Part shown: positions 1-12,480 of the stretch, piece after piece
Layout: the number at the start of each line of letters is the position of its first letter
Numbering within the stretch: position 1 is the stretch's first letter
From: Leucoraja ocellata
Taxonomy: Eukaryota
Assembly: GCA_036785375.1 (NCBI GenBank)
Contig: JAWMAR010000489.1
Span: 1,240,001 to 1,304,000, forward strand
Length of the DNA stretch: 64,000 nt
Reading direction: 5' to 3'
Notes under the pieces: model-generated
Databases searched by the model: none
What the model was told of the DNA's origin: nothing
What the model saw: the letters and a program-made list of their open reading frames with translations, nothing else
Translations under genes and position numbers: made by a program

Positions 1-696
1 GGGAATGGATTGCAGTAATTTGCTTCCTATTTTTCGTAGCCCGCTTTATCAGCATATCCTTCACTTCCTTTTTGTTCATATCCTTATCTAGTGTCTTAAA
101 TCACACTCCAGGGCATTATGGTGTTTTCAATGATTTTACAACAGTTTAAAAAAAAAAACATGCAAATGTTCGAAATCTGAAATAAAAAATCTGGAACATG
201 CTGGAAACAATTATTTTATTTTTTATTGTATATTATGGCTTGCTGGGCATGTTCATTAGCCTTAGCAACAGTACACAGCCAAAATCTCTCTTCAGTACAT
301 TAGATAATTTGGTGGCATGCTTTCAGAGATATTCCATTTGTTCTACCCAACTTTTTTTGTTGTTTTTTTTTGTTAACTTCCTATAAATGCTGCAACACCT
401 ACTAAGAATATTCTGAATTGAAGTCATTTTTTACAAATGCATTTTTTTTTTTCGGTAACTGCACTTGTAACTCCACTTTCTCCTTTGTTGTTTCCCATAA
501 CCACAACACAATTAACTGAAGTTGCACAGAGCATCTTGGATTAAAAAAAAAACTGAAGTGTGCCTAAAACCATATAGATTCATACTTTTTGATCTTTCTT
601 GGTTGTTCAAAAGTCATTTTGGCCTACATAGTTCACAGACGCACTGTATAGCCACATTTCTAATTTGTGCTAGTTGTGATCCTGAGCACAATTCAT

Positions 697-2036
697 CAGT
701 GCCAGCCTTAAGCCAATTGGACCAATTGCTCCCAGTTGGGCCCTGCGCTAGGCTGTTTGGCAACACACTCTGTCCCCTCAGCAGCGACCCCAGTGGGTGA
801 AATTCCTCACTGACAATAACACAGCCCTGCGGTTAACTCTCAATACTGTCACCACTTTCCGGGATATTATTCCCATATCCCTTTCTGCACCCACACGTAC
901 CAGTATTTTACACCCGGGTCACGGGGGACCAGTTACTACAGACAGTTACTTCAGACAGTTAAAGTGAGCCCGCCAGCAGATGTGTACACACGCCTGATGT
1001 TACCAGGATAGTCACAGACCGGACAGCTGACTCTTATCTGGAATTAATCAGTCAAGGTGCATCTAAAGCAAACAGCGCCATCCACTCCCAAAAGCAGCAG
1101 TTACCAAATGAAATAGCGTTTGATTTATGCTACACACTCGCATGCATAAATGTGTGGACACAATAGTTCCTTCATTGTCACGTCCACCAAGGTACAGTGA
1201 TATTATTTTGCATAGAGATCAGTGTGATTATTGCTGTACCCAATAACACTGCCCGGTTAGCACATAATGCACATAAACAGGTACTGAGTCTATAAGCAAT
1301 ATCGCCAGGTGTTGGCACCATTTCACGGTCCCAAAGGCCTGTTGTAGCCATCGTATCAACAGAAACATCATGTCCCCTTCTTCCCCCCATTCACACACAA
1401 AATGTGTGTGTGTGTGTGTGTGTGTGTATAATACAGGACCCAGTGGTAAGCCATGGCTGCGATTGGTACATGGTACAAGTGTGTCAGAAAAAATTGGTAC
1501 ATGGTACAAGTGTGTCAGAAAAAAAGTGGTCAATATCAGCTTCACAAGGCTGAAGCTTGAGGTGCTGCCGGGAGCAGTCGTGCGGCGAAAGCTTGGCGGC
1601 AGTGACAGCAGGTCACATTCCCCGCTCTCTCCCATCATCAACCTCGGAGCCTTCCGATTCCCGCCCTTCAATCCCATCCATCGGGAGGAAGCTGTACAGC
1701 GACGACATTCTCCCTGACCACAGACTGAAACATTGATTGCAAGGAGCTGGTTACAACCGCAGAACCCATACAGAATATTAGTAAACCTTCATTAAATAAC
1801 GCGTGGATTAATGCAATTTAATGGTAATTAGCAGCTACGGTAAAGATTGGAGATCAGTGGAGATACTGACAGTCAGACGAGAGCAGGGGAGAGTAAGACA
1901 GTGTATAATCCATAGCAATTTAGAGTACAATTTCATATTATATACTAAATAACAGGGCTGAAAGACCTTGGCTGGGAACCTGGGGTTCACCAAAATTGTT
2001 CCCAATTGGGCCCCGCACTGCCTAAGGCCGGCCCTG
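697..2036. mobile_element. non-autonomous hAT-type DNA transposon
   Basis: Imperfect TIRs CAGTGCCAGCCTTA (697) / TAAGGCCGGCCCTG (to 2036); exact 8-bp TSD CAATTCAT at 689-696 and 2037-2044; no transposase ORF. Confidence 0.85.
1462..1523. repeat. 31-bp tandem duplication inside the hAT element, next to a (TG)n microsatellite at about 1403-1426
   Basis: attggtacatggtacaagtgtgtcagaaaaa occurs twice head-to-tail. Confidence 0.9.
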
Positions 2037-2404
2037 CAATTCATCATATTGATCTTGTATACATTGGTGCGAATGTCAAAAGTCTTGGCAGTGAAAATGT
2101 TTATTTTACATTTTAAACTAAAAGTGCATTTGTGGAATTCAGTTGTAATTTTATTTTTGTGCACATTGCAGTTTTAAAAAGTTTAAAAAGCAGAGGAAAG
2201 CAATGTTTTCTGTTTCTGTTTAATAATTCAATTTTCAAAAAAGTTAAACTCTGAAGTCAGCTGGATAACTTCTGACAGGGTCCAGTTGCCAAAAGGGTAA
2301 TGCTTATGTTGTATAAAAAGGAAAACCTGTAGCTTTAATGCAAGCTTCTATTTTACAATAATTGACATTCTCAGGAAATATGTTTCCTCATTCCGATTGA
2401 ATAA

Positions 2405-2553
2405 GTAACTCAGCGGGACAGCTTTGAAGAAGGGTCTCGAGCTGAAATGTCACCCATTCCTTCACTCCAGAGATGCTGCCTGGCCCGCTGAGTTACTCCA
2501 GCTTTTTGTGTCTATCTTCGTTTAGACCAGCATCTGCAGTTCCTTCTTACACA
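2405..2553 (+). mobile_element. short Penelope-derived repeat with degenerate hammerhead core and a short 5' inverted piece
   Basis: ttgaagaagggtctcgagctgaaatgtcacccattcc...cagcatctgcagttccttcttacac; same family as 51821-51918. Confidence 0.75.
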
Positions 2554-3023
2554 AGAATGTCAAAATCATGAGCTTGCACTTAGTTATGGATAGGCTGTTA
2601 GCACTGTTGATAAATGGGAAGTGGTGGACCCATTGTCCTAATTGACTGGCCTTAAAAGGGACAAATTTACTGCTTTACATTTCAAACCAGGAAGTGATTT
2701 ATGAGAATTTGTTTCACAATAAACCAACATACACAAGAAGTTGTCCTACAACTTTAGGCTGAAGAAGAAGAACATACACAAGCAAACCTTATTTTATCAT
2801 CTTATTATCAACTCCTTTACAAAGAACCTTTCTATTAGATTTTAGTGAAAGTGTAGCTACCAATTAAAAACAAGAACATGAACTATGTCTCTTGAAGGGA
2901 TCAGAAGATCACCCCATACCATTCTTTTGAAATAATGCATTGTACGAGGTGCATTATTAATCGTCAAGCTGGGCAGGCCAGTCTTGCATGAATTCATTGC
3001 TGATCTTTGCCCCTAAGAAGTTA

Positions 3024-4598
3024 CAGTGCCCTCCATAATGTTTGGGACAAAGACCCATCATTTATTTATTTGCTTTTGTCATCCACAATTTGAGATTTGT
3101 AATAGAACAAATCACATGTGGTTAAAGTGCACATTGTCAGATTTTAATAAAGGGTATTTTTATACATTTTGGTTTCACCATGTAGAATGTTTATACATAG
3201 CCCCCCCATTATAGGGCACCATAATATTTGGGACAGAGCAATGCCATGTAAATGAAAGCAGTCGTGTTTAGTATTTTGTTGCATATCCTTTGCATGTAAT
3301 GACTGCTTGAAGTCTGCGACTCATGGACATCACCAGTTGCTGAGTGTCATCTCTGGTGATGCTCTGCCAGGCCTGTATTGTAGCCATCTTTAGCTTTTGC
3401 TTGTTTCGGGGGCCAGTCACCTTCAGTATTCTCTACAACCTATAAAAGGCAAGCTCAATTTGGTTCAGATCAGGTGATTGACTTGGCCACTCAACAATTG
3501 ACCATTTTTTAGCTTTGGAAAACTCCTTTGTTGCTTTAGCAGTATGTTTGGGATCATTGTCTTGCTGTAGAATGAACCGCCGGCCAATGCGTTTTGAGGC
3601 TTTTGCTTGAACATGAGCAGATAGGATGTGTCCATCAATGAAGATAAGTGAGCCAGTACCTTCAGCAGCCATACATGCCCAAGCCATAACACCCCCACCA
3701 CTGTGTTTCACAGATGAGGTGGTATGCTTTGGATCTTGGGCAGTTCCTTCTCTCCTCCATACATTGCTCTTGCCATCACTCTAATATGTTAATCTTGTCT
3801 CATCTGGCCAGAAGACCTTTTTCCAGAACTGTGGTTGCTCTTTTAAGTACTTCTTGGCAAACTGTAACCTGGCCATCCAACTTTTGTGGCTAACCAGTGG
3901 CTTGCATCTTGCAGTGTAGCCTCTGTATTTCTATTCATGAAGTCTTCTGTGGACAGTGGTCATTGACAAATCCACACCTGACTCCTGAGGAATGTTTCTG
4001 ATCTGTCAGACAGGTGTTTGAGGATTTTTCTTTATTATAGAGAGAATTCTTCGGTCATCAGTTGTGGAGGTCTTCCTTGGCCTGCCAGTCCCTTTGCGAT
4101 TAGTAAGCTGACCAGTGCTCTCTTCCATCTTAATGATGTTCCAAACAGTTGATTTTGGTAAGCCTGATGTTTGGCTGATGTCTCTAACAGTTTTATTCTT
4201 GTTTCTCATCATGGCTTCTTTGACTTTCATTGGCACAACGTTGGTCCTTATGTTGATAAACAGCAATAAAAGTTTCCAAAGGTGATGGAAAGACTAGGTA
4301 CTGAGAGCTCCCTTATACCTGCATTAAGGAGGCAATTAAACACACCTGAGCAATTACAAACACCTGTGAAGCCATGTGTTCCAAACATTATGGTGCCCTG
4401 AAATGGGAGGACTATGTATAAACGCAGCTGTAATTTCTACATGGTGAAACTAAAATGTGTAAAAATGCACTTTAATAAAATCTGACAATGTGCACTTTAA
4501 CCAAATGTTTTTTTTTCTATTACAAATCTCAAATAATGGAGTACAGAGGCAAATAAATAAATGATGGGTCTTTGTCCCAAACATTATGGAGGGCATTG
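3024..4598 (-). mobile_element. full-length but defective Tc1-family transposon with about 215-bp IR/DR terminal repeats
   Basis: TA|CAGTGCCCTCCATAATGTTTGGGACAAAG ... CTTTGTCCCAAACATTATGGAGGGCATTG|TA; transposase fragments HTH/GRPRK (ORF 4006..4266) and catalytic QQDNDPKH...WPSQSPDLNQIE (ORF 3433..3711), frameshifted. Confidence 0.95.
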
Positions 4599-5369
4599 TA
4601 TGCAAGCTGTTTTCTCCAAACTTAAAGCTTGGACAATCCCATGGCTCGATGATGCCTCCTTCTCCCTCCCTGCTGCTACTTCTTGTGACTGTTCTTCCCT
4701 CTTCTCACTATTTACCTATATTCTATCAAATTATTTGCCTGTATCGATACTTGAGCATTTAAATAAATGTTTTTTAAAGAACTTTTTGTAGTAATCTTGC
4801 CAATAGAAAGTACAAGGGGGGAGGATGGGGTGGGTAGAAACAGGGGGACAGATATTAGATTGACTGGAGCAACTAGAGGTAGTTCCATTCCATTTTTTAA
4901 GATAATTCATTCTGTGCTTTTAAAGCAAAGCTTGATGAAACACAATACAATTTGGAAAGCAATTAACTGCAACATATACATTTTAACTGTACAGGTTGAA
5001 AAGACAGTTGACAAAACCAAAGTCCTTTAGCACTACCACTGACAAATTGCAGACAAATATCCCAGTTGTATAACAACATTATGTTGTTATGTAACAACAC
5101 ACATTTCAATGATAAGCAGGCAGTATTAAAATACATGATTTTTTTTAAAGATTCATTTAAGTTTAGATTTTGATTAAATTAGTCAATGATAGATTTTTTT
5201 AAAAATCTGTAGGAATTTTCGGTGATTTTGTAGAAAACACTGCAAAACACAATCAGTGCACACTAAGGAATTAATAGAAGAAAATGAATGGGGAAAAAAC
5301 TAACATAATGACATGATTTAAAATCTTTTTGATTTATTAGTGGAAATTAGTGGACTTTATTAGTGAGCC

Positions 5370-5670
5370 TAGTATTTATTGTTCATCTCTTTTATCCCCT
5401 GAAGCGGGACAATTAAGAGTCACCAATTAGGTGGTTGGGAGTCGGATCATATAAGGATGGCAGATTACTGATTCCCTCCCCTGACGGACATTTGCAAGCC
5501 AGGTGGATTTTCTTATGACTGTTTGGGATTTGCTGATGTTTTTGATGTTAGCTTTATAATTCCAGGTTTATTCGGATACTCGAAATCAAATTCACCAGCT
5601 GCTGAAGTGAAATTGATCAATGGTCTAGACTTCTAGGTCCTTGCCCAGTCACTTAATAACTAAACTACAT
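5370..5670 (-). mobile_element. old degraded tRNA-derived SINE (LF-SINE-like chondrichthyan family)
   Basis: Recognisable segments ttaagagtcacca..., taaggatggcagatt, tttataattccagg...aaattcaccagctg; a similar decayed copy at about 58250-58480. Confidence 0.45.
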
Positions 5671-5948
5671 ATCCAAGATGGATGTCAAACCGTTGAGAGG
5701 ATCACTAAAGATTAACTATTAAAACCAATAAATTACTAATATCTCCACAGTTGCAGAATCTCACTCAGCATGTTTAGGCCCATCTGACATTGGTATTGGA
5801 GTGATTTGGCATATTATTTCAATCATTTTATCAGCACACTTTATGAATATTTTGGATTAAATGTTTTTATTCACATTTTTTATTTGATTCAAACTAGAAT
5901 GCGTGAGCATATTCTCAGGATGCTGATTGCAATCTCCATCTCTTTCAG

Positions 5949-6047
5949 ACAATTACATGTCATGGATGAGACTCATGTCATGAATCAAGTGAAGGAAGAT
6001 GTATGTTATGTATCACAAGACTTCTACAAAGACATGGAAATAGCCCA
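5949..6047 (+). CDS. ACTR6: ACTR6 exon (RQLHVMDETHVMNQVKEDVCYVSQDFYKDMEIAQ)
   Basis: tctttcag acceptor, gtaagt donor at 6048; the peptide is the tail of ORF 5806..6051. Confidence 0.96.
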
Positions 6048-7047
6048 GTAAGTACATACTTGGTTGGAACTTTCAATTGACTTCCTTTTAACCTTCACAG
6101 TTGGGATTGCTATTGATGTAAGTTTGACTATTTGGGAGATGGAGATTAGTGAAAGACTAGCTCCATATACCTTGGGTACATTTCTTGCAGCAATAATTTA
6201 ATATGTCTCTTGATGTTATCAATCAATCAATCAATCAAGCACTTTATTCATCCCCGAGGGGCAATTTAAAAGGGCGCATTACAGTAGCTTATCTCTATAT
6301 CTTCCCTGGATTACTGCATTTTCCATCTAAGAAAGTATATGGGGGAAGTCAGAAACAGGCTTGATGAGTGTTCATGTGGAATGGGATAGTCCCTCATATG
6401 TGACCCTTTTTCTTGTGTACCCGAGGGAGGCTTTGTTTACCGGTATCAGTTTTTTAGGGGAACCCGGCTTGATTTCTACTTTGGCTTTATGAGTAGGTGT
6501 TTTAGTTTCCAATAATAGACACCACTACCTCAGAACACATGACTGGGTCTGTAAAATTGAATTGAGATCTATCGAATTTCTCATCATTAGATTAGTTTTT
6601 GAATTTGAAAGGGGGAAGAACAAAGGACCGCTGTGAGGGAGGGAGAAAGGGGGAGATAAAGGTGGATCTGGAGTGAAGAGGAACTGCTGTGAGAGGGAGG
6701 TGGGGAAGAACAACAAAGGAGGACTTGGCAAGGGATACTTTGTAACGTTGTCAGTGCCCTTTACATGGCGATCAATTGCATACCTTGGATATGCATGCAA
6801 ATAATTTTACTGTGACATGTCACAAGTGACAATAAAGTATTCAATTCAATTCGAATTGGTTTCATGTTTATATACTTTCATTAGTTTTTAGTTTCTTGGA
6901 GGGAGAAAGAAGAATCTACCTGAGAATAACAGAGAGCAGGTAACATAGATTCCATAGGGATGCTACAATAATAGTGATCTCATCCTCTGAATGGTAAAGC
7001 CATTGATAATTATGGTCTAAGATTCTACATTCAGGTTTATTGTAACT

Positions 7048-7097
7048 TACTGCAAGATAGATCATTAAAAAATACTGCAAGATAGATCATTAAAAAA
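7048..7097. repeat. 25-bp tandem duplication
   Basis: tactgcaagatagatcattaaaaaa twice. Confidence 0.9.
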
Positions 7098-7278
7098 TTG
7101 GAGGGCTAAAGCATCAATTAGATCACATATATCTCTTCACCAACACATGAACTGACTCAATTTACCTGTAAGAAGACAGCTAATGACTGAAAACGTAAAA
7201 TCAGCAGATCTAAATCCATAGTTATCCATTCTACTTTATAACATTTGGGGGTTTACAACATTTTTTCACTTTCTGCAG

Positions 7279-7357
7279 GCTGAAAGGAGAAGCAAACACT
7301 CTAATGAGAGATTATGTCCTTCCAGACTTCAGCACCATTAAGAAGGGTTTTTGTAAG
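7279..7357 (+). CDS. ACTR6: ACTR6 exon (LKGEANTLMRDYVLPDFSTIKKGFCK)
   Basis: ttctgcag acceptor, gtaaat donor; DYVLPDFSTIKKGFCK is an ARP6 signature; phase matches the flanking exons. Confidence 0.96.
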
Positions 7358-7600
7358 GTAAATCACCTGGAAATGTTCTTGTTTTAATTGTTACGTTATA
7401 TAAGCACTGAACAGTAGCTTTTCATGTGAAAACTATTTTTTATTGCAATATAGATGTATTGCTCATACCATTGATTGCAATGGTAATGTGTAATGTGGGG
7501 CTTCATTGGGAAGGGAGATTATGCTGTCATCTGTCTTGTTGTGCCTGTTTTTTGGGGAATCTCTCAATTGGGTTTGTTTTGCTGATCTTTTCTAATTTAG

Positions 7601-7772
7601 CCTCAAGAGGAAATGGTTTTTAGTGGAAAATACAAGACAAGTGAACAGATTCTTCGGCTAGCTAATGAGAGATTTGCCGTTCCTGAAATCCTCTTTCATC
7701 CTTCTGACATTGGCATTCAGGAGATGGGAATACCAGAAGCAATTGTTCATTCTGTGCAAAGTTTACCTGAAG
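7601..7772 (+). CDS. ACTR6: ACTR6 exon (PQEEMVFSGKYKTSEQILRLANERFAVPEILFHPSDIGIQEMGIPEAIVHSVQSLPE)
   Basis: taatttag acceptor, gtgagg donor; actin-fold motif ERFxVPEILF; ORF 7613..7819. Confidence 0.97.
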
Positions 7773-7827
7773 GTGAGGAGCTGCAGAGTGGAATCCATTT
7801 TTCAAACAGTTCTTTGTGAATATACGT

Positions 7828-7976
7828 AAGAAGGAACTGCAGATGCTGGTTTAAACCAAAGATAGACACAAAAAGCTTTTTCAGTCTGAAGAAAGGTCTC
7901 GATCCGAAACATCATCCATTCCTTCTCTCCAGAGATGCTGCCTGTCCAGCTGAGTTATTCCAGCTTTTTGTGTCTA
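7828..7976. mobile_element. Penelope-derived hammerhead repeat with 5' inversion and 17-bp TSD
   Basis: TCTTTGTGAATATACGT at 7811-7827 and 7977-7993; internal ctgaagaaaggtctcgatccgaaacatc. Confidence 0.85.
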
Positions 7977-8440
7977 TCTTTGTGAATATACGTTATTTAT
8001 GAAGTGTCTTTTGTGCCCTTTTTGGTAAATCTGTATCTGCATTTCCATGTGCCTAAATTATTATCACCTGCATTCAGCAAACACCTATTGCATGCAATTT
8101 ATATACCAGCTTTACTGTTGGAAAATGTTCCATGCATTCCACAAGATTATCATCAAAATAATGTCAACACTGAGCATCTTAGGAGGTATTCTGATAGGTG
8201 TCAATGAAATGGTTTTAAGAATAAGTGAAAGGTGAATGTAGCAGAAGACTTAAGGGAGGGAGATCCAGCATTGAAATCACAGTCGTATTGCTCTGCTGCT
8301 AAAGATCAAATGATGAAAATAGAGGCTGTGCAAGAGGCTGGAATTTGAAGTATAGAATTCTTGGTATGGCTGTGGGGCTGGAAGCTGGGGAAAGGGAGCT
8401 GTAAAGGTATGGGAGGTTATGGAAAAAAATGATAATTTTA

Positions 8441-8940
8441 ATATTGGTATTGGTTTATTATTATGTGTACCAAGATACAGTGAAAAGTTTTTGTTTGCAT
8501 GCTATTCGTTTAATTCAGATAATACTATACATGTATCCTATCACGCCATATATAAGCTCAACAGGTAGAGCAAAGAGAAACATATCAGTTATTTATACCA
8601 AAATATAGTTTTCAGCATTCTAATGTAACAGTTCCAGATAAAAAAAATTCCCATGTCTGCGTTGAGGTAAGTTGAAAAATTGGTACTGTACCCTGGCTGA
8701 TAGGAGAACTGTTCAGAAGTCTGATAACAGAAGGGAAGAAGCTGTCCCTGACTCTGGTGGTATGTGCTTTCAAGCTTTTATATCTTCTGCCTGACAAGTG
8801 CAGGAGTGGAAATGACTGGGGTGGAAAAGATTCTTGATTTTTGCTGGCTGCTTTCCAGAGGCATTGTGAAATGTGGAGGGTATCAGTTGTGAGAGGTCTG
8901 GTCTGTGCGATTGATTGAGCTACATCCACAATTCCCTGCC
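8441..8940 (-). mobile_element. Rex1/Babar-like LINE 3' fragment
   Basis: ORF 8612..8971 contains SGRRYKSLKAHTTRVRDSFFPSVIRLLN, the typical Rex RT-ORF C-terminus; short tandem tail at 8441. Confidence 0.8.
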
Positions 8941-9016
8941 TCAAATCAAGACAGTCTTCCAATGTGCTCATTCTTTGAAGTTATTTAAACCTAATATATA
9001 TATTTGTTTTAACTAG

Positions 9017-9155
9017 AGATGCACCCACATTTCTATAAGAACATTGTCCTGACTGGTGGTAACTCGCTCTTGCCAGGGTTTAGAGATCGTGTTTATGCTG
9101 AAGTCCGATCTCTTACCCCAAGTGAATATGATGTGTCGGTTACGTTACCTGAGAA
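9017..9155 (+). CDS. ACTR6: ACTR6 exon (EMHPHFYKNIVLTGGNSLLPGFRDRVYAEVRSLTPSEYDVSVTLPEN)
   Basis: aactag acceptor, gtaagt donor; actin NIVLTGG nucleotide-binding motif. Confidence 0.96.
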
Positions 9156-10330
9156 GTAAGTCTGTTCACACTTCACTTCAAAATGTGTTTGATGAACTTT
9201 ATCAAACTTTATTTTGGAATATATTATTTCCTTATATTTGCAGTCTCAACCTATGCATTCTGCAATGCAGGTGGAGGATGAGCAGATAACCCCAGGATTT
9301 CCTGCTGTGTCTGCCAGCAGCTTATCTGAAATGTTCCCAGCATGAACTCTTGCTTGTCATTTTAAATGTTCATTCTATTTTAATAGCCTGAAGGAACAGT
9401 GTGGCAGAGGATGCTATTCCATCAAAAGGCCCAAAGGTGACCATTGCAAAAACCTGCCCAGTCAGTTCCAATTGCCCCACCCCCACCTTTTTCACAGAGC
9501 TTTCTTTTCAACTTTGAATATTTATAAAAAGTGCTAATTGATAACTGCTTATGAAACAGTATTGCCCTACAAAACAACAAATTCCAAATCACTAAAATAC
9601 TTTCCCCTGCTGTTGCCTCTGGATTTTCTGCGTCACTTTAAATCTGTTTTATTTTATCTTAGATCCTTCATCCAGAGGAAACAGGTTTTCTGTTTGCTTA
9701 CTCTTCGGGATTTAAAAAATCCTTTTTCCATCTCCTTAGATTTTTCTTGTTCAAAGAAGCACAATTGCTACTTTTCCAATCCATCAATTTAGCAATAATC
9801 TTTGATCTGTTCGAACAGTTTCCCCTGCATCTCTGCACAATCTTCTCATTCATCCTATAGTGTGATATATATATATATCTGCGATTTGCTGTTGCAACTT
9901 TTTTTTAACCTCTGTTGAAGCTTCCTTACAATTTTGTACTATTAACAAGAGAGCCTGGCAGATGTTTTTTTTTCTTGAAGTGGTTACTGGAGTATCTCAC
10001 CCCCTGATGAGGTAAGTGCAGAGGAAGATAGGAAAATAGCAGCTTGGGGATCTGGAACAGAGATGGGAAACACATACATGGAAGCAGAGGAAAGGACATT
10101 GGTACATTCCAGACATGCTTTGTTCCATCAGAACATTTTGTACATTTATGTGGTGAAGAGTCTAATGTCCTTCCAGTACTGAAATGAGTCAACTTGGATT
10201 TTGGCAGATGGAGATCCTCCATGCCAGGCTTGGTGTGAAATAATGGACATCTTTTACAGAATTTATTTTGCCTTTCTCATGTAATTCAGATCTTTAATGA
10301 AGGAGTAATGTTGGTTTATTTTTGTTTCAG

Positions 10331-10460
10331 TCCTATTACATATTCGTGGGAAGGAGGAAAGCTGCTTTCTGAAAATGATGATTTCATGGACATGGTGGTT
10401 ACCAGAGATGATTATGAAGAAAATGGGCATTGCATCTGTGAAGACAAATTTGACATCTGA
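10331..10460 (+). CDS. ACTR6: ACTR6 last coding exon (PITYSWEGGKLLSENDDFMDMVVTRDDYEENGHCICEDKFDI*)
   Basis: tttgtttcag acceptor; TGA at 10458-10460; WEGG motif and KFDI C-terminus of ACTR6. Confidence 0.96.
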
Positions 10461-10594
10461 TGCCAAAAACTGTTGAAATGAGAGAAATTATTACTTTAAA
10501 GAAAACAATCAAGATCCTACAGACGCGGTAATGTCACTCTTCGAATGGAAGAAAGTATTTTATTTATCGGTGCAGTTGTTGTGAACTGTTTGAT

Positions 10595-10600
10595 AATAAA
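10595..10600 (+). terminator. candidate ACTR6 polyadenylation signal AATAAA
   Basis: First AATAAA, about 135 nt after the stop codon; use not verifiable from sequence. Confidence 0.45.
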
Positions 10601-12119
10601 TCTAATAACTGCCATAGTGGTGGTGAGAAACCCTGCATTATCGATGAAGCAGCCCATTTCCCATGGCTTTATTTGAGGCAGTCTGTGTTTGTTATGAAAA
10701 AGCAAAATTTGTATGTACTGTAAATCTGATAAACGTATTGAGAATGCTGGAATTCAGACAGCATTCAAGAAGGAAATTGAATTAATTATGATGAATATTT
10801 GATCAGAACTAGACAAAGTTAGTCTAACATATTTCAGACCTACATGAGAGTGCCCCTAGCCTTTCTCTGGCATTTGTTGACTGTATTGATGCTGCTGCCT
10901 GCTGTCTTCAGTTTTGATGTCACATTCCACCCTGCTGATCTGCCCCTGGCATTTCCTATCTCATTTTAATTTCTAATTCCGCGATAGTTCAACAACCAAT
11001 ATCCATTACACAGTCCACAGACCTCCTCAGGTATCCAGTCCAGACAACACCCTATCAGCCAGTCAGAAATAATTCCAAATATATTCCCTTCCAGCACCAG
11101 GTCCACAGTCCTTCTGGTTACAGCTCTGAATAAAAGTTAATGAGTGAATACAAGCACCCAAGGACAGTTTGGGGAAACTTCCCACATTTTCGCTCCCAGA
11201 GTGCATGCATTTTTCACTGCAATCCCATTCAAAAAAGTTTTGCACAATGAATTAAATTAATTGCATGGTCCAAACGTAGGAGAAATTACTTCCTCGGAAA
11301 TAACGCTGTAAGTACACGGATCTAGGAACGCTGTTGCTATGGTGCAAGCTGACTCGAATTGCTTAATCACGGCTGCAGATTTGTGTATAAACAAAAATGA
11401 TTATAATGGGGGCCCCCATTAATGTGCCTTAGTATAATTACGACGCTGGCATGACTAACGTGGCGCTGCATACTCTGTACTTGCAGGCAAAGATACCAGA
11501 GCATGATGGTAATCGTGAAGCCAGTGCCCAAGATGGGGTAAAAAAATTACCCATGACCTATTACGGCTTTTTCGATGAGTGGACCATCTTGCTCTTGCTC
11601 TAGTATCTTTGGTTAAAAGGCTTGATCAATGATCCATGTATATGTTGAACATTGTGTCCTGATCAACTCTCCTTGTTAGTTTCCCAATGAACTAGGCTGA
11701 AATGCCTGTTTCTGTTCTTCATTCTATGTAGTCAATGGATTTGTGCCAGTTCACTTTATTTTCTACTTTAACATACAGGGAACAATGCCTTTCTTAAAAT
11801 AGTAGCAATTCGGTTCAGATGTATAAAACTGTAAAGAGCATATTTTCTGACAATTTTACCTTGGGAGTCTTCATTAGACAGGCAATTCTGGTCAGACTCA
11901 CAATTAGGAGAGTGGAAGTTTATCTACAAAGGAGTTAATAGTCTCACTTTAACCTGTAGATCTTTATATATTTATATTAGAAAATGTACACTTCAAAAAA
12001 TGAATATAAACCTGATGGAGCTGGAATTTTCTTTAAAAGTAGACAGAAGTCTGGGTTCAGTCTGCAAATTTGAATTTAAAATTCTATGATCTAAGCAATT
12101 TGATTGCTGTATTATTGGA

Positions 12120-12372
12120 ACTGCTCTCTTTCAGATGAGATGTCTGTTCTCTCATGCAGGAGTTAAAAATTTGAAGGCACTATTTTGAAAGAACAGGAGA
12201 GTTGTGTTCTGGGCATCATCTGAGATTCATGTCACAATAAAATATCAGATTGTCATTAACAGCTTTTGCGGATGATTGTTTGACTGTAGTATTTCTTATG
12301 ACTGACAATATTACATGGATGCAGATTACTTCAGGATGTCCAGAGGTCATGATCCTGTATAAATTCAAGTCC
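12120..12372 (+). mobile_element. degraded Deu-domain SINE (SacSINE1/AmnSINE-like)
   Basis: tttcagatgagatg...ggcactattttgaaagaacaggagagtt...aggatgtccagaggtcatga...tataaattcaagt follows the DeuSINE layout; reverse-oriented remnants at about 30830-31030 and 55080-55215. Confidence 0.6.
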
Positions 12373-12434
12373 ATCTATAAATTAGAGTCTTATTTGGTAG
12401 TTGGTGCAAGTCCCTAAATAAGATCTAAAGAAGA

Positions 12435-12448
12435 CCAGCAGAGGGCAG
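12435..12448 (+). promoter_or_regulatory. CTCF core motif match CCAGCAGAGGGCAG
   Basis: Close match to CCASYAGRKGGCRS, lying between the converging ACTR6 and LAMB1 3' ends. Confidence 0.5.
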
Positions 12449-12480
12449 TATTTCTTAAATTGACAAAGATAGTCTGAAGG

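Larger units (their letters stand above)
5949..10460 (+). other. ACTR6: ACTR6 gene, 3' part (last 5 coding exons; 5' exons lie upstream of the window)
   Basis: Five GT-AG bounded exons join in frame to RQLHVMDETHVMNQVKEDVCYVSQDF...EENGHCICEDKFDI*, matching the C-terminal half of vertebrate actin-related protein 6. Confidence 0.97.

Noticed and set aside
1-5948. Upstream ACTR6 exon (INVGGKLLTNHLKEIISY)
   Set aside because: Not found in this interval; it must lie before the window start.
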